From contig JAMDHS010000040.1 of the NCBI GenBank assembly GCA_029717555.1, forward strand, positions 124,001-188,000: 64,000 bases of DNA. Reading direction: 5' to 3'. A program made the translations under genes and the position numbers. This stretch comes from Peribolospora baueri. Taxonomy: Eukaryota. Of this stretch, positions 36,490-48,609 are shown piece after piece (positions within the stretch are counted from its first letter, which is position 1; every line of letters starts with the position of its first letter). The notes under the pieces were generated by a model. That model saw nothing but the letters and a program-made list of their open reading frames with translations, had not been told where the DNA came from and did no database searches.

Positions 36490-38899
36490 ATGTCGCAAAC
36501 CCACCCCGTCGAGTTTAAGTGGTGAGCCCGGTTTCCTCGAAAGCACCAAGCCACTGCATTCTTACGGGAGCGAATCAGCCCGGCACTGAAGCGCACCTCG
36601 GCTGCCTTTCATGCATGACCAAACGATATGACGACGAGACAGGGACCATCCTTCAGCGAAGGACATCGTTGTGACGGGATCGTTTGACGACTGGAAGAGC
36701 ACGGTCCACTTGGAGAAGGGTGAAGACGGCGTCTTTCGCAAAACCGTGAGTGCTTTTTGCGAGCTTCTCCTGCTCACTAGCTCCTGTGGTTGTCTCTTCA
36801 TCTGAATTTAAGGAAACTATTAGCTCACCATATGTGGCGTGCTTTCGGCGTTCCCTTGCGCCTCCACCTCCATGGTATTTTTCTCAGGTTGAGCTTCCTC
36901 GAGGATCTCACGTCACTTTCAAATTCGTAGTCGACGGGGAGTGGACGACGAACGATGCCGAGCCCACCGAGAAGGATGACGCAGGCAACGTCAACAATGT
37001 CATAACGGTTCCTGATGAGGAACCCAAATCGGAGCAGCCGGCGGAGCAGCCCAAGAGCAGCGAAGCTAGCGATTTGGCAAACGGAGCTGACGCACAGGCG
37101 AAAGGTATGTTGTGAGGATTGAAACTGCTGTACCTCATGGCCTCTCCTGACTAACATTTAAGATTTCATTTCTCCTTTCCACCTCTTAAGAAACGGGGAG
37201 CATCGGGACATCGCAAACCGTTCCTGTCCTTGCGGCCACTGGGGCCGCCATCGCAACGGTTATCGGTACCGACCCCATCAACCCTCCACCACTCCCGGTG
37301 GCCAGTTCTTCCGAGGATACCACTCCCGCTGCCTACGACACCGCCGCGGAGACGACGCCGGCGGGCAACGCGAACGCCAAGGGGACTAACGTCTTGTCCA
37401 ACTCGAGCGAGTCGAAGACGGACAAAGTCCACGACGAAGAAAAGGTGCAACATTCCCTCAACACGGATAATGGCCCATCTACGGGAGATGATGCTACGCC
37501 CAAAGTGAGAGCCGAAACGGAAGAAGCGAAGGAGACGGCGAATGGTTCTGCCAAGTCTGACGCCGCGACGGCGGCGGCGCCCGAAGCGGAGAACCTGGAG
37601 CCCCCAGCCGCCACTCCGGACCAGGACGCATCCAAGACAGAAAACGCCAATGTTGGCGTTTCGGATGAAGCGCGAGCCGAGACAGTCAAGGAGGATTTGA
37701 AGCCGAACGGTGCACAACATGCCGAGGGCGACGCTGCGGATGCCGCGGTCAGCAGCCTTCTCGCCCCTGTCGACTCGCAGGACGTCAAGGCCGAGCCGGA
37801 TGTTAAGGAAGAGTCGAAAGTAGAGGCAGTCAAAGAGGCTTCCTTGGGAGCAGCAGCTGGCGCAGCTGGTATTGCTGCAGATGCCTCGGCCGGCAGCTCT
37901 GCCCCTCCTGTCGACTCGCAGGACGTCAAGGCTGAGCAGGACATCAAGGCTGAGCAGGATGTCAAAGCCGACCAGGACGTCAAGGCTGAGCAGGATGTCA
38001 AAGCTGAGCCGGATGTCAAGGCGGAGTCGAAAGTACAGGCAGTCGAAGAGGCCTCCTTGGGAGCAGCGGCTGGCGCGGCCGGCAGCTCTACCTCTCCTGT
38101 CGATTCTCAGGACGTCAAGGCTGAGCAGGATGTCAAGGCTGACCAGGACATTAAGCCTGAGCAGGATGTCAAGGCCGACCAGGACATCAAGGCTGAGCAG
38201 GATGTCAAAGCCGACCAGGACGTCAAGGCTGAGCAGGATGCCAAGGCTGAGCAGGATGTCAAGGAAGAATCAAAAGTAGACACAGTCAAAGAGGCTTCCT
38301 TGGGAGCAGCGGCTGGAGCGGCTGGCGTGGCTGGCATTGCTGCAGCTTCGGCCGCATCTCCAGCTGAGGAGCCAGTGGCACCTGCTCCTGTTACGGAGGC
38401 CAAGCCTGCCGGTGAGAAACCCGAGGAAGCCCCGTCCACCTCAAAGGAGGCGGCCCAGGAGGGGGAGCCCTTGTCGCAAGCGACGGTGCCAGAGCAAAAG
38501 GAGGTGGCGCAGGAAGTTACCGAGGGCGCTTCTCCCCAACAGCAACAGCAGCCAGAGCCGTTCCCCATCACCGATGCCACCGGCGCACCTCAACGACGTG
38601 AGCCGTCGAGTGGGAGCCAGGCGAAGCGCTCGGAGCGACGCAGGAGCCTTTTCGGCACCTTCGGCCGGAGCTCGAAGAACGAGCCTAGCGAGCCCGTTCC
38701 GGCGCTTCCCGGTTCTGCGGGCGCTGTGGCTGGGAACGCCGCTACGAACGGGGGCGATGCCGCGGGTGCTGCTCCCGCCGATGCTCCCCATGCCGAGCAG
38801 CAGCGGGACGAAGGGGGAGGAGGAGACGCGCGTCAGCTGAGGAAGAGGAAGAGCAGCTTCTTCCAGAAGGTGAAGAAGGTGTTCAGTCCTAACAAGTGA
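36490..38899 (+). CDS. CBM48/AMPK1_CBM-domain protein (Crp1/Mdg1-like) with a long acidic repetitive tail
   Basis: N-terminal FKW|DHPSAKDIVVTGSFDDWK...VELP...FKFVVDGEW...DDAGNVNN is the AMPK-beta-type glycogen-binding fold; the tail ends KRKSSFFQKVKKVFSPNK*. Confidence 0.85.
37766..38325 (+). repeat. Nested coding tandem repeat: 18-bp (DVKA[E/D]Q) units inside three larger units
   Basis: Three PVDSQ-(hexapeptide)n-KVxxVxEASLGAAAGAAG blocks with n = 2, 6 and 9. Confidence 0.95.
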
Positions 38900-39568
38900 T
38901 GTTAACGTGGGAAGCCCGATCCCGTGTCCGTGCTCGTATCCCCACCGCCTCTTTCTTTCTTGCTTTCTTTCTTGCTTTTTGCTTTCTCTTGCGCCCTCTG
39001 TCTTTCGTCTTATAATCGCCCCTATATTTGCCCATCATTCTATCATTAGTCGGACTGGCCCGCTGCTCTGTGTACGTATTGATGCGGGCCTCGCGCTTTC
39101 CGTTGTCGCCATCTCAAAATTTGATTGATACGGTTCAGTTGCTAATAATGAACCCGACACCCTATCTTCTATCGCAAAGGCATCACGTGAAGAATATTTG
39201 CGAATTTTCGGCGGTGTCGATGGAAAAAGGTTTGACGCGAGTCACGTGCAGCGGTGTGCGCTGGCCGGCCTCGGTGGGCGTTGCCGGTCGTGCGCCCGCA
39301 GGAAAGGTGGCCTTAGTTAGGGGCGCGACGGGATTGCATTCTTCCCCTCTCCCACCAAGTCAGTCAGTCCATCTCAGTCCATCGCTGTCTTAGCCCACCG
39401 TCAATTCACCTTCCAAGGTCACCCCTACTCCAGTCCAACAGAGAGCCTGCCTCCAGCCTCGCAGTCAGCCAGAGCGAGCGATCCAATCCCCAGTCGTCGC
39501 ACTTCCGACAACCATCCTCGCACGACACCTCCCCGCTCAGTCAAGTTTAGCCCAGACCTAGTCCAATA

Positions 39569-41068
39569 ATGGCCGCTGAAACCGCCACCGCCACCGTCGA
39601 AACGGTCGTCGTCACGGAGACGGAGACGACGACGACCACCGTCGCTCCCGACGTCCCCGCACAGCCCGAGTACAAGGTCTTTGCTGGCAACCTCGCCTTC
39701 TCGACCACCGAGGACGACCTCAAGAAGATTTTCGCTGAGGTCGGCAACGTGTGAGTGCAGATACGTGGACGTTGAGAGAGGAATGTCGGGTGGATGTGCA
39801 CACCGCGGGTTCCTGCTCGCTTGCTGGGATGGCAGGCGCGGATGGAAGGGGATACGGGAGTGCTTGGAGAGTATATGCTGGCCCGCTTAGCGACTCTGGT
39901 CCATCCCCGCGGTCCGCGCACGACTGTGCCTTCGTCACTTGCCTTGAGGGCCGTCCGCGGGTGGTGCGAACCTTGTGTTTTGTGCGAGCCACACAAGTTC
40001 TGCTGCATGCACGAAGACGAGGCTTTAGCTCGTCCCCGTTCGAGCGTTCCGCCACCGCCACAAACGTCGTGCTGACCGAACGACCAATCTTGATCCCTCG
40101 GCATGCCCTCCTGCAGCACCAACGCCCAGATCATCATGCGCGGCACCCGCTCGCTCGGCTACGGCTTCGTGACGTTCACCACCGAGGCCGACGCCAACAA
40201 GGCCGTCGAGGCTCTCGACAAGAAGGAGATCGATGGCAGGCCAATCAATGTCGAGGTGGCCAAGCCTCAGGACGAGAAGCCGGCCAAGCAGCCCAAGGCC
40301 AAGTCCAAGAAGAAGAAGGCTGCCACGTCCGAGGACGCTGAGGGCAAGGAGGACACGGGTGAAGAGGGCGCAGAGGGAGAGAAGAAGAAGGCGTCCAAGG
40401 CCAAGGCCAAGGCTAAGGGGCGCGGCACAGTGAGCTGTCCATCTCGCTCCCACCCACATCGTTCGGACGCTTCCAGCTCATCCTCCATTTTTTACTCTTA
40501 ATTTCGTTTTTAGCGTGGCGGTCGGGCCTCTCGCCGCCCCCGCACGGACGCTGACGCCGAGGACGGCACCGGCGACGTGCCTTCCGACCAGGGCGCCGGT
40601 ACGGAGGGAGAGGAGGGTGCTCGCGGCAAGGGCGGCCGCCGCGGTCGCGGTGGCAAGGTCAAGACGGGCGAGCGCCCCAAGCGCCAGCCGAAGGGCGAGC
40701 CCGAGGGCGAGCCGTCGAAGACGCTCCTCTTCGTGGCCAACCTGCCTTTCAACACGACCGACGAGCAGCTCGCGGCCGCTTTCGAAGGCTTCAGCCTCAG
40801 CTCGGCCAAGGTTGTCAAGCGTCGCTTCGGCACTCGCTCCAAGGGCTTTGGCTTCGTCGACTTCAAGGACGAGGCGGAGCAGCAGCGTGCTCTCCAGGAG
40901 AAGCAAGGCGCACAGCTCGAGGGCCGGGAGCTCGCGCTGAAGATCGCGATTGGTCAGGCGCCCAAGCCGGCTGGCGAGGAGGGCGCCAACGGCACCGGGG
41001 CCGCCGAGGGAGAAGAGAAGGAGAAGGCCGCCCCCAACGGCGAGGCCAAGGAGGGGGCCTCGGCCTGA
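39569..41068 (+). CDS. Double-RRM RNA-binding protein with a central Lys/RGG-rich linker (Sbp1-like architecture); 3 exons
   Basis: RNP2 VFAGNL and RNP1 LGYGFVTF; second RRM LFVANL and KGFGFVDF; RGGR...RGKGGRRGRGG linker. Confidence 0.85.
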
Positions 41069-41848
41069 GCCTCTTTGTCCATCAACAATAGCCTCGCTGA
41101 TTCGTAGGGGGAGGGGATCCGGTAGCCCGGCGAGGCAACCCGGCCGTTTGGGACGACGGGTGGTCGTAGTCTACATCCCATTCCGCCCGGTACCGTCTAC
41201 CGTCCCGTCCCGCGGCGATGAAAAAGCGAGGTCAAGGATAGGCGGCGATCAAGCCCACGTATGTTCATCCCCGTTTGCGGAAAACATGGTCACGAAGAAA
41301 AAAAGTGAAGAAAAAAAGAAAACAACCTTTGCAGAACCGCCATCCAACCATGTCCGCCGTCGTCGTGCCATGTTATGTCCATGTTCCCATCCAACCTCGA
41401 TCCTCGTCCCCCTTCCCTCCCCGCGCGTTTTCCTTACCCCCTTCCCTCCCATCGTCGTTCGTCAGCCTAACCCATCCATTCATCGGCCCAGAGTCCATGA
41501 CGTTGTTCTGTCCATTTTGCCGAGCGAACGTCGTCGTCCTCTGCGCTGACCACCGTTTGATAGTTTTATTAACGTCCACGGGGACCGGGGCGTCCACTTC
41601 CGGTTCCTTGATGATAATCTATGATTTTTCCCCCGATGAGACGCCGACGTTAGGCAAGAAGTCAGACAGACAGACAGACAGACGAGCATACGTCGCGTTA
41701 TGGCGCGTCAGCCTGGGGGAAGTCGGGAATCTTTTCGGATGTTCCATCTCGATCCATTCTTCACTTTGCCTTCTCATCCGAGGTCGTATTGTCGTCCGTC
41801 ACAGTCATAGTCAAAAATGGTCGTCACGAGCATATGGAAAGTTAGCAG

Positions 41849-41938
41849 GGAGTGATGGTGTATCTGGGGTCAGCGCCTCCGCTTGTCGAAATGCTTATCA
41901 ACATGGAGGAGGTGTCGGTTCGAATCCGACTCGCTCCA
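41849..41938 (+). tRNA. Intron-containing tRNA gene, best read as tRNA-Asp(GTC) but atypical
   Basis: Acceptor GGAGTGA/TCGCTCC, D stem GTGT/GCGC, perfect T arm GTCGG-TTCGAAT-CCGAC, downstream T tract at 41951. The anticodon arm is ambiguous (see findings). Confidence 0.7.
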
Positions 41939-42630
41939 TTCGTTTGAAACTTTTTTTCTTTCCTTTTTTTCTTTCCTTTTTTTCCTCTCTGCGTTTAGTT
42001 TAACAGTTTTCGTTTCAGTTCGGTCTGGCGTTGCCACTGCGGGGTTAAAGTGTGAATGACGACGACGATGGACGGGGCGCCGGAGCGTGGTCGCTTTTCG
42101 TCACAGCCGGCCAGAGCTAAGCGGGGATGGGCGGAGGAGAGCGGTGGGCCAAGATTGCCGACACGGCATTCTCGGCGATCGGAAGGAAGCAAAACGACGA
42201 TTCGGACGGATGATGATGATGTGCGAGGAGAGAGAGCGAGCGCCAGCGGGGGGGCTGACGAAGCAGGGCGGAGGCAGCGCAGGGACGCGCGAAGGAAGCG
42301 AGCCAGGGCCGAAGGTCGTCGGTTTGGTTTGGCCTGGCCTGGCCATCGCCGTCGCCGTCGCCGTCGCCGTCGAGCCGAAGAAGCGTCTCGAATCGCGCAA
42401 TCCGCCCTTAAAGGCCGGCCAGAGTCCGGAGAGCGCGCCCGCATTCTCGTCTTAACGCGCAACACCGTCGACGCCAGCGCACCTTCAAAAGGCAGACCTG
42501 ATCAGATCAGCCATACAATACACCAGATAGACAGACAGACGCTGTCAGCCACACCACTCCAACCAACACACCCGCCAAGCGCTCCGTCTCCACGCTTCCC
42601 TTCCCACCACCACCACCACCACTGACCACA

Positions 42631-44248
42631 ATGACAACCACCACAACGATTCCCGAACAAGGCAACGTCGCCGGTCCGCTCAACATCCCCACCGTCGAGC
42701 TCAAGCCCGACAACTGGGAGATGCCCCTCGTCGGCTTTGGCCTCTGGAAGGTCCCCCAGGAGAAGACGGCCGACACGGTCTATGGGGCCATCAAGATGGG
42801 CTACAGGTCCGTCCGTCTGTCTCCCAGACGCCTCTCTCTATCGCCGCTTGTCCTGACCTCCTCTTTCTCTTCCCTTCCATCAAAGGCTCTTCGACGGCGC
42901 CGCTGACTACGGCAACGAGAAGGAGGCCGGCGAAGGCATCCGCAGGGCTATCAAGGACGGCCTCGTCAAGAGGAACGACCTCTTCATCACCACCAAGATC
43001 TGGAACACGTGAGTTTTAAGGTTTCGTGCGTACGTAACGTACGTATGCATGTATGTATGCGATCCGCACAGACGTCTTCCCACTCGGACGCGTCCGGGTT
43101 CATGCTCACCTTTTTTCCCTCTTCTACCCCCTCCAAAGCTTCCACCACCCCGACGCCCTGAAGAACGCGGCCAAGATGCAGCTCGAGCACTGGGGCCTCG
43201 ACTACTTTGACCTCCTCTTGATCCAGTGAGCCCGACTCTCCCCCATTCTTTCCAATCGCGTTTGACGGTCGTTCTGGAATACAGAGAAGAAAGACAAGAA
43301 GCTCAATTTCCCTGTTCCCCCCAGCTTCCCCATCTCGCTCAAGTTCATCGACCCCAAGGTCAAGTACCCGCCCGAGTGGTGGGACGAGTCTGGCAAGGTC
43401 GTCCCCGGCAACATCTGCCTCGCCGATGCCTACCGCGCCCTCGAGGAGGTGCACGAGCAGAGGCTCGCCAAGAACATTGGCCTCTCCAACGTCCAGGGCT
43501 CCATGCTCATCGACATCACCATGGGCAGGGAGATCCACCCCGCCGTGCTCCAGATCGAGTGCGTCTCGCGTCCCTGCCAGTTCTGTCGAAGGGCGAATCC
43601 AACCATCTGACTCGGCGCTTGCCTATTCATTCTCTCCCTCATCTATCATCACCAGGCACCACCCCTACCTCGTTCAGGAGCCCCTGATCCGCCTCGCTAA
43701 ACGCCTCAACGTGGCCGTGACGGGGTACAGCAGCTTTGGCCCCGCGAGCTACCACGAGCTGGAGAACGTTGGCGCGCTCAGGACCAAGCTGCTCTTCGAC
43801 CAGGATGTGGTCAAGAAGGCTGCCGAGAAGCACAAAGTTTGTGAGTGTCGCCTTGGTCGTCGTCGTCTCCGTCTCCTTCCGCTCGTTCACCGATCCTTCC
43901 CCCCAAAACGCAACGCAGCCCCCGCTCAAGTCCTCCTCCGCTGGGCGACCCAGCGCGGTATCGCGGTGATCCCCAAGTCGTCCAACCCGCAGCGCGCCAA
44001 GGAGAACCTCGAGTGCTGCAAGTTTGACCTCGACCCGGAGGAGATTGACGCCATCACCAAGCTCGACATGGGATTGCGGTGAGCTTCCCGCGTCTCTTTC
44101 ACGCTTGTCGTCCTCCGTCGTCGGGCGAGAGGCGCGTGCGTGGGTTTTGGTGCCTCTTTTCTGATCACTCCTTTTTTTTTTGTTCTTTCGAAATCCAGCT
44201 TCAACGACCCTGCCGAGATTGACGACCGCCTGGCCATCTTCGCCTGAG
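42631..44248 (+). CDS. XYL1: NAD(P)H-dependent D-xylose/aldose reductase (aldo-keto reductase); multi-exon
   Basis: [75 protein letters not shown]. Confidence 0.88.
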
Positions 44249-44681
44249 CGGAGCGGGCGTCCAGCAGACGCGATCGTTCCGAACCCTTTCTCCGTCTCAT
44301 TCCAATTCTCACTTCGTCTCATGTCTCTAACATACTTCCGAAAGTTGCCATCCCAAAGACGATGTGATGACATGACATGTGATGCGATGCGATGCGACCG
44401 CCGTGATTCCTGGGAGGCTTTCTTTCTGCCTTGGTAATGAAAGAACGAAAGCCTGAATGAATGAATGAACGAACAAACGAAACGAAACGAAGGAAGGAAG
44501 TACGGACGGATTGACGGACGAAAGGATACGTGAAGAAGAAAATCGGCTCGCTGGCTTGGCGGGCGGGAACTGGAGCTGGAAAGCGCAGCGCAGCGCTTCG
44601 CTTCGACAAGAGAGAAGGACAGGAAGCACGACGGCCACACTACACACACACACACATTTACGAATCCCTTTACGACCGAAT

Positions 44682-47234
44682 CTATCGCCCGCGGCCGTTG
44701 CCCCTCCCCGCAACCCGTCCCCTAGCGCCCACTTCGCCCCTCTTGGCCAGCTCCACCAAGCCCCTAAGGGCGCCTCCGAGGGGTACGAATCCGTGGCGGT
44801 CCATCTCCTCCACCACCCTCCTCGCGCCCTCGACGTCGCCCCTCCGCTTGAGAAGGCCTTCGAGGAGGAGGAACCAGGTGCTCTCGTTCGCTCGGATACC
44901 TCTCTCCGTGCGCATCTCTCGCAGCAGCGAGCCGGCGAGCCCCGGCGCAGAGCGAGACGGGTGGGCCAGGAGGGCCTTGATCAGGTAATGGTACGTCACC
45001 CGGTTGGGGAAGATGTTCGCAGAGCGCATCCGAGAGAGGAGCATGAGCGCCAGCGTAACCGTCGGGTCGTCATCGGCAGTGGCATATGCGTCACCGGACG
45101 ACGACGACGGCCCAGAGCCGGCGGCGACTAACGCTGCGACGGCGGCCGCCGCGTCGGCCGGATCCGATCGCAGCGCGCCGCCGATGAGGCTGGTGAAGGT
45201 GACCTCGTTGGCGCGGACGCCGTCAGCCTCCATCCGACCCAACAGCTCCACCGCCTGCGCCAACCTCGGCGGGCTCTCCTTGAGCAGCGCGTCGACCATG
45301 GCCGAGTAAGTGAACACGTTGGCGCGCACGCCCATCGCGTCCATGATCGCCAGCACTTTCTTCACCGCGTCTCGCTTGCCCGCTCTCGCCAAGGAGGAGA
45401 GCACGGTGGTAAAAGTCACCACGTCCGGCTCCGCGCCCGCGCTCTTGATCGCTCGCACCGTCGCCGCGAGCGCCGTCAGGTCGGCTCGGCGGCCATGGTA
45501 GCGCAGCAGGACGTTGTACGCCTCGATGGCCGGCTTGAGACCATACCGCTTTTCCATCTCCTCCATCGCCACCGTCGCCCGTTCCGCCACTCCGGTCGCG
45601 CATAGGCCGTAAATCAGAGCGTTCCACGCCGGCCTGCCCTTCTCCGTGCCCAACAGCGCCCCCGGCGCCTCAGCTCCTTCTCTCTTCCTCACGTCCCGCT
45701 TCATCTCCTCAAACGTCGCCTCGGCCTTTTCGGTTTGCTTCCCGCGGAAATAGGCGAGCATCATCGTGGTGTACGTCACCAGGTCCGGTTCCACGCCCTC
45801 GGACAGCATCCGCGACCAAGTAGACTCGGCCGCTCCGAGGTCGCCCGCCTTGCCATAGCCGTCCAAGAGGCCGTTGTAGATCACCGCGCTGGGCTTGACG
45901 CCTCGAGCGAGGAGGCCCTTCCACACCTCTTCGGCAAAGTCAAGCCGTTGGACGTGTACAGCGCCGGAGAGGAAGGACGACCAGACGCGGTCGTTGATGT
46001 CGTTCGCGGAGAGCCAGTTTGGCTCTCCCACTTGCCCTCCCCCTTCGCTCGCACTTATCATCGTTCGGAACAGAGCCCGCGCCTCCTCCGTGTCCCTCTG
46101 TCCGAACGTCTTGGTCAGAAGGTTCAGCAGCCTCCTCGGCTGCTCGACGCCCTGCGCCAGTTGCGCGTGTCGTGCAAGGTCCACCGCGCGCTCCACGACC
46201 TCCCGTCCGCGAGAAGAGAGGTGACGCTCGAATATCGTCCGCGCCCTTCGCGTTTGGATGTCCGCCGGCGTCTTGCGAGCGAGAGACAGCAGCGGCGTGA
46301 GTGCGGGATGGTCCCGAGCGGCGAAAGAGGCGATAACGATGCAGAACATATCCGTCTCCTGCGCTGAAAGTCGTGTGCGGCCATCTGCTGGCCGTCCGAT
46401 TTTATCATGATCTCCGGAGAGCATCCCGTCGTCCACCTTTCCGTCCGGAGATGAAGAGGTGTCTTCCAACAAAGCTTCGCTCAAAGAAGGAGCGAGGTCC
46501 ACTTCAGGTTCCGGCTCGACCCTGTCCTGCGCCGCCGTGGCAGCGTACGTGTCCCACATTTCGGCGACCCTCTCAAGCTGGCCGCCCGGGACGAGCTCAG
46601 CGACCATCCAATCCTGTACCCTGGCGGGGTCGCCCGTGCCAGCAGCCCACTGGGCCCAGCGCCCGTACCTCTCCTGCCACACGTGCGCCTCCTCGCCCCC
46701 ACGAAGCTTGCCTGCCTCTCTCCTAGCGACCCTGGCGAGATCTTGAGCATCGCTCCCACGCAGCATGCCCAGCTCCCCGGCCATTTCCAGCGCTTCCCAC
46801 CCTTGCCAAGCCTTGGCGAGGTCTCGCTCCAGCACTCCGGAGCGGAGGACGTGGAGCGCCGTGTTGACGCTCTGCAGCTGAGCGGGGGTCATGCGCGGCT
46901 TGTTCAGGACGCGGAGGAAGGACTCCACCTCTGCGGCATCGGAGGGGTCACCTCGCGGTCGTCGAGATGAACGGCGCTGGAGTGCCGCGCGGGATCCGGG
47001 GGGCGCCGATGCAGCAGAGGTGGCCCACGTCTCTCCTGAGGGGGATCGGTGAGAAAAGAGGGCGGCGGCGGAGGGTCGAGGCGGGCGAGAAGACGGCGTG
47101 GAGGAAGAGGCGCGTCTCCCATGACATGAGCCTGAACTTGGCGCGTGAGACACATGACGGAAGGCGGGATGAGAAGCCCATCTTGGGGCGAGGAACTCGA
47201 AAAGAGCGGCGGAGGAGACGGAGCGGCGAAGCAT
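44682..47234 (-). CDS. Pentatricopeptide-repeat (PPR) protein, probably mitochondrial; single exon
   Basis: Tandem ~35-aa repeats (VIYNGLLDGYGKAGD, VTYTTMMLAY, AYNVLLRYH, VTFTTVLSSL, FTYSAMVDAL, VTYHYLIKAL); Arg/Ser-rich N-terminus MLRRSVSS. Confidence 0.9.
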   Translation of the reverse strand: MLRRSVSSAALFEFLAPRWASHPAFRHVSHAPSSGSCHGRRASSSTPSSRPPRPSAAALFSHRSPSGETWATSAASAPPGSRAALQRRSSRRPRGDPSDAAEVESFLRVLNKPRMTPAQLQSVNTALHVLRSGVLERDLAKAWQGWEALEMAGELGMLRGSDAQDLARVARREAGKLRGGEEAHVWQERYGRWAQWAAGTGDPARVQDWMVAELVPGGQLERVAEMWDTYAATAAQDRVEPEPEVDLAPSLSEALLEDTSSSPDGKVDDGMLSGDHDKIGRPADGRTRLSAQETDMFCIVIASFAARDHPALTPLLSLARKTPADIQTRRARTIFERHLSSRGREVVERAVDLARHAQLAQGVEQPRRLLNLLTKTFGQRDTEEARALFRTMISASEGGGQVGEPNWLSANDINDRVWSSFLSGAVHVQRLDFAEEVWKGLLARGVKPSAVIYNGLLDGYGKAGDLGAAESTWSRMLSEGVEPDLVTYTTMMLAYFRGKQTEKAEATFEEMKRDVRKREGAEAPGALLGTEKGRPAWNALIYGLCATGVAERATVAMEEMEKRYGLKPAIEAYNVLLRYHGRRADLTALAATVRAIKSAGAEPDVVTFTTVLSSLARAGKRDAVKKVLAIMDAMGVRANVFTYSAMVDALLKESPPRLAQAVELLGRMEADGVRANEVTFTSLIGGALRSDPADAAAAVAALVAAGSGPSSSSGDAYATADDDPTVTLALMLLSRMRSANIFPNRVTYHYLIKALLAHPSRSAPGLAGSLLREMRTERGIRANESTWFLLLEGLLKRRGDVEGARRVVEEMDRHGFVPLGGALRGLVELAKRGEVGARGRVAGRGNGRGR

Positions 47235-47597
47235 GGACGCGAAGAGAGATGGGACACGAAAGCGTCGACGGTTGAAAAGAGAGAAAGAGAGAGAGTGGGA
47301 GAGGTAGAAGCGATGACCGGCGGCAATCTTCTTGCTGCGGCGACTCTGCGTCCGCCAACGTCCGCTTGTGTGCGCGGGCCGATTGAGCTGGCGCCTGAGG
47401 CGGTTCACACTTTGTTGGCTGGGCTTGCGAAGGTCTGGCGAGCATCGTCCAACCTTCGTCCTCATCCTTCAAGCTTCTTGGCCACTCGCCATCGCCCTAT
47501 CTTGCGTTTCTTCCCAGTCTGCGCCCGCCCTAGGCCCATTTGTTATCCCCTCGTCCTTTGCGAAGCGCCGCCCAACTCGACTCTCGCTCGGGCCGGC

Positions 47598-48288
47598 ATG
47601 GCGATGTCACTGCTGGTGCCCGTGGGGTACATCACCTTCCTCGTCGTCTCTCTCACCCTCTTCTCCCGGATCTATCGACACAGGCGCTCCTCCAAGCTCG
47701 CCTCGTCTCACAAGCCCTGGTTCCCAGAAGGCCATAAGCCGAGGGACACGTACATCACGCTTCTGTCCATCTCCGACCCGCCCACGCCAGACGTGGTGCT
47801 CAAGTCAGCGCTTCTCTGCCGCGCCATGGAGGACGTGCGACGGATCATGCGCCTCCGCGACGACAAGCAGGCGCTCTCCGTCCTCCTCCAGAAGGGTAGC
47901 ATCGGTGACGAGGCGCTGCAGCGCATCCAGGTCGCCGAGAAGGAGCTCGAGGCGGAGATCCTGGAGGTCATCGCCGAGGCCAACACGTTCCGCGAAGGGT
48001 GGGGACAGATCATCTTCCAGACGGCTGCCGAGATGGTGAACCACCTCAAGCACAAGGAGTTGTACTACAAGATCAAACAGGAGAGGGACGAGTATGGTGA
48101 GCGGGAGCGAACGGTTGCGTCTCGGCCTGTCCGAGCTGGATCGCTGGACCGCCTGCTGACAGCTTTGCGTCCTCTCTCTTCTCTTCGTCCCCTTGCCTGT
48201 CTATGTAGAGAAGCGCCTCATTGCCGCCGGCGTGTCCTATCCACCCCTCTTCCAGCTACCCCCCGGCCCTCTCCCGCTCTCCCGGTAG
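47598..48288 (+). CDS. SEC66: Sec62/63 translocon subunit Sec66; 2 exons
   Basis: N-terminal TM (LLVPVGYITFLVVSLTLFSRIYR), LKSALLCRAMEDVRRI, LLQKGSIGD, EANTFREGWGQIIFQTA; intron ~48097-48208. Confidence 0.85.
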
Positions 48289-48516
48289 AAAGCGACATAC
48301 GAACGTCCCGTCCAGTGGTTCAGAGGTTGCGAATGCGGCGAGGGTGTATGTAATGTAGATCTATGTAACGGATTCCCAAAACGCCCAGTGCCACGCAGGA
48401 CACATGTAGAAAAAAATGCGAGGGTCCATGTGCGGCATAGCTCCGGGATTTGCGTGGGCAAAAAAAGTGCGACAGGTAGCGCCGCCCACAGAAGGCGCAG
48501 TGCGAGAAAAAAAGAG

Positions 48517-48609
48517 TGGAGAAGCTGGAAGTCGAATCCAGGACCTCGTGCACACACCTTAGTAAGTTGCATGCTAAGCACGCGCTCTAACCAACTGAGC
48601 TACATCCCC
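48517..48609 (-). tRNA. tRNA-Ala(AGC) with a ~19-nt canonical intron
   Basis: GGGGATG TA GCTC AGTTGGTTA GAGC G CGTGC TT AGC A[intron]T GCACG AGGTC CTGGA TTCGACT TCCAG CTTCTCC A; G3:U70 Ala determinant; poly-T terminator follows. Confidence 0.95.

Noticed and set aside
37921..38270. Regularly spaced 18-bp repeats resembling a CRISPR array
   Set aside because: In-frame coding repeats without unique spacers, in a eukaryotic gene, with no cas genes.
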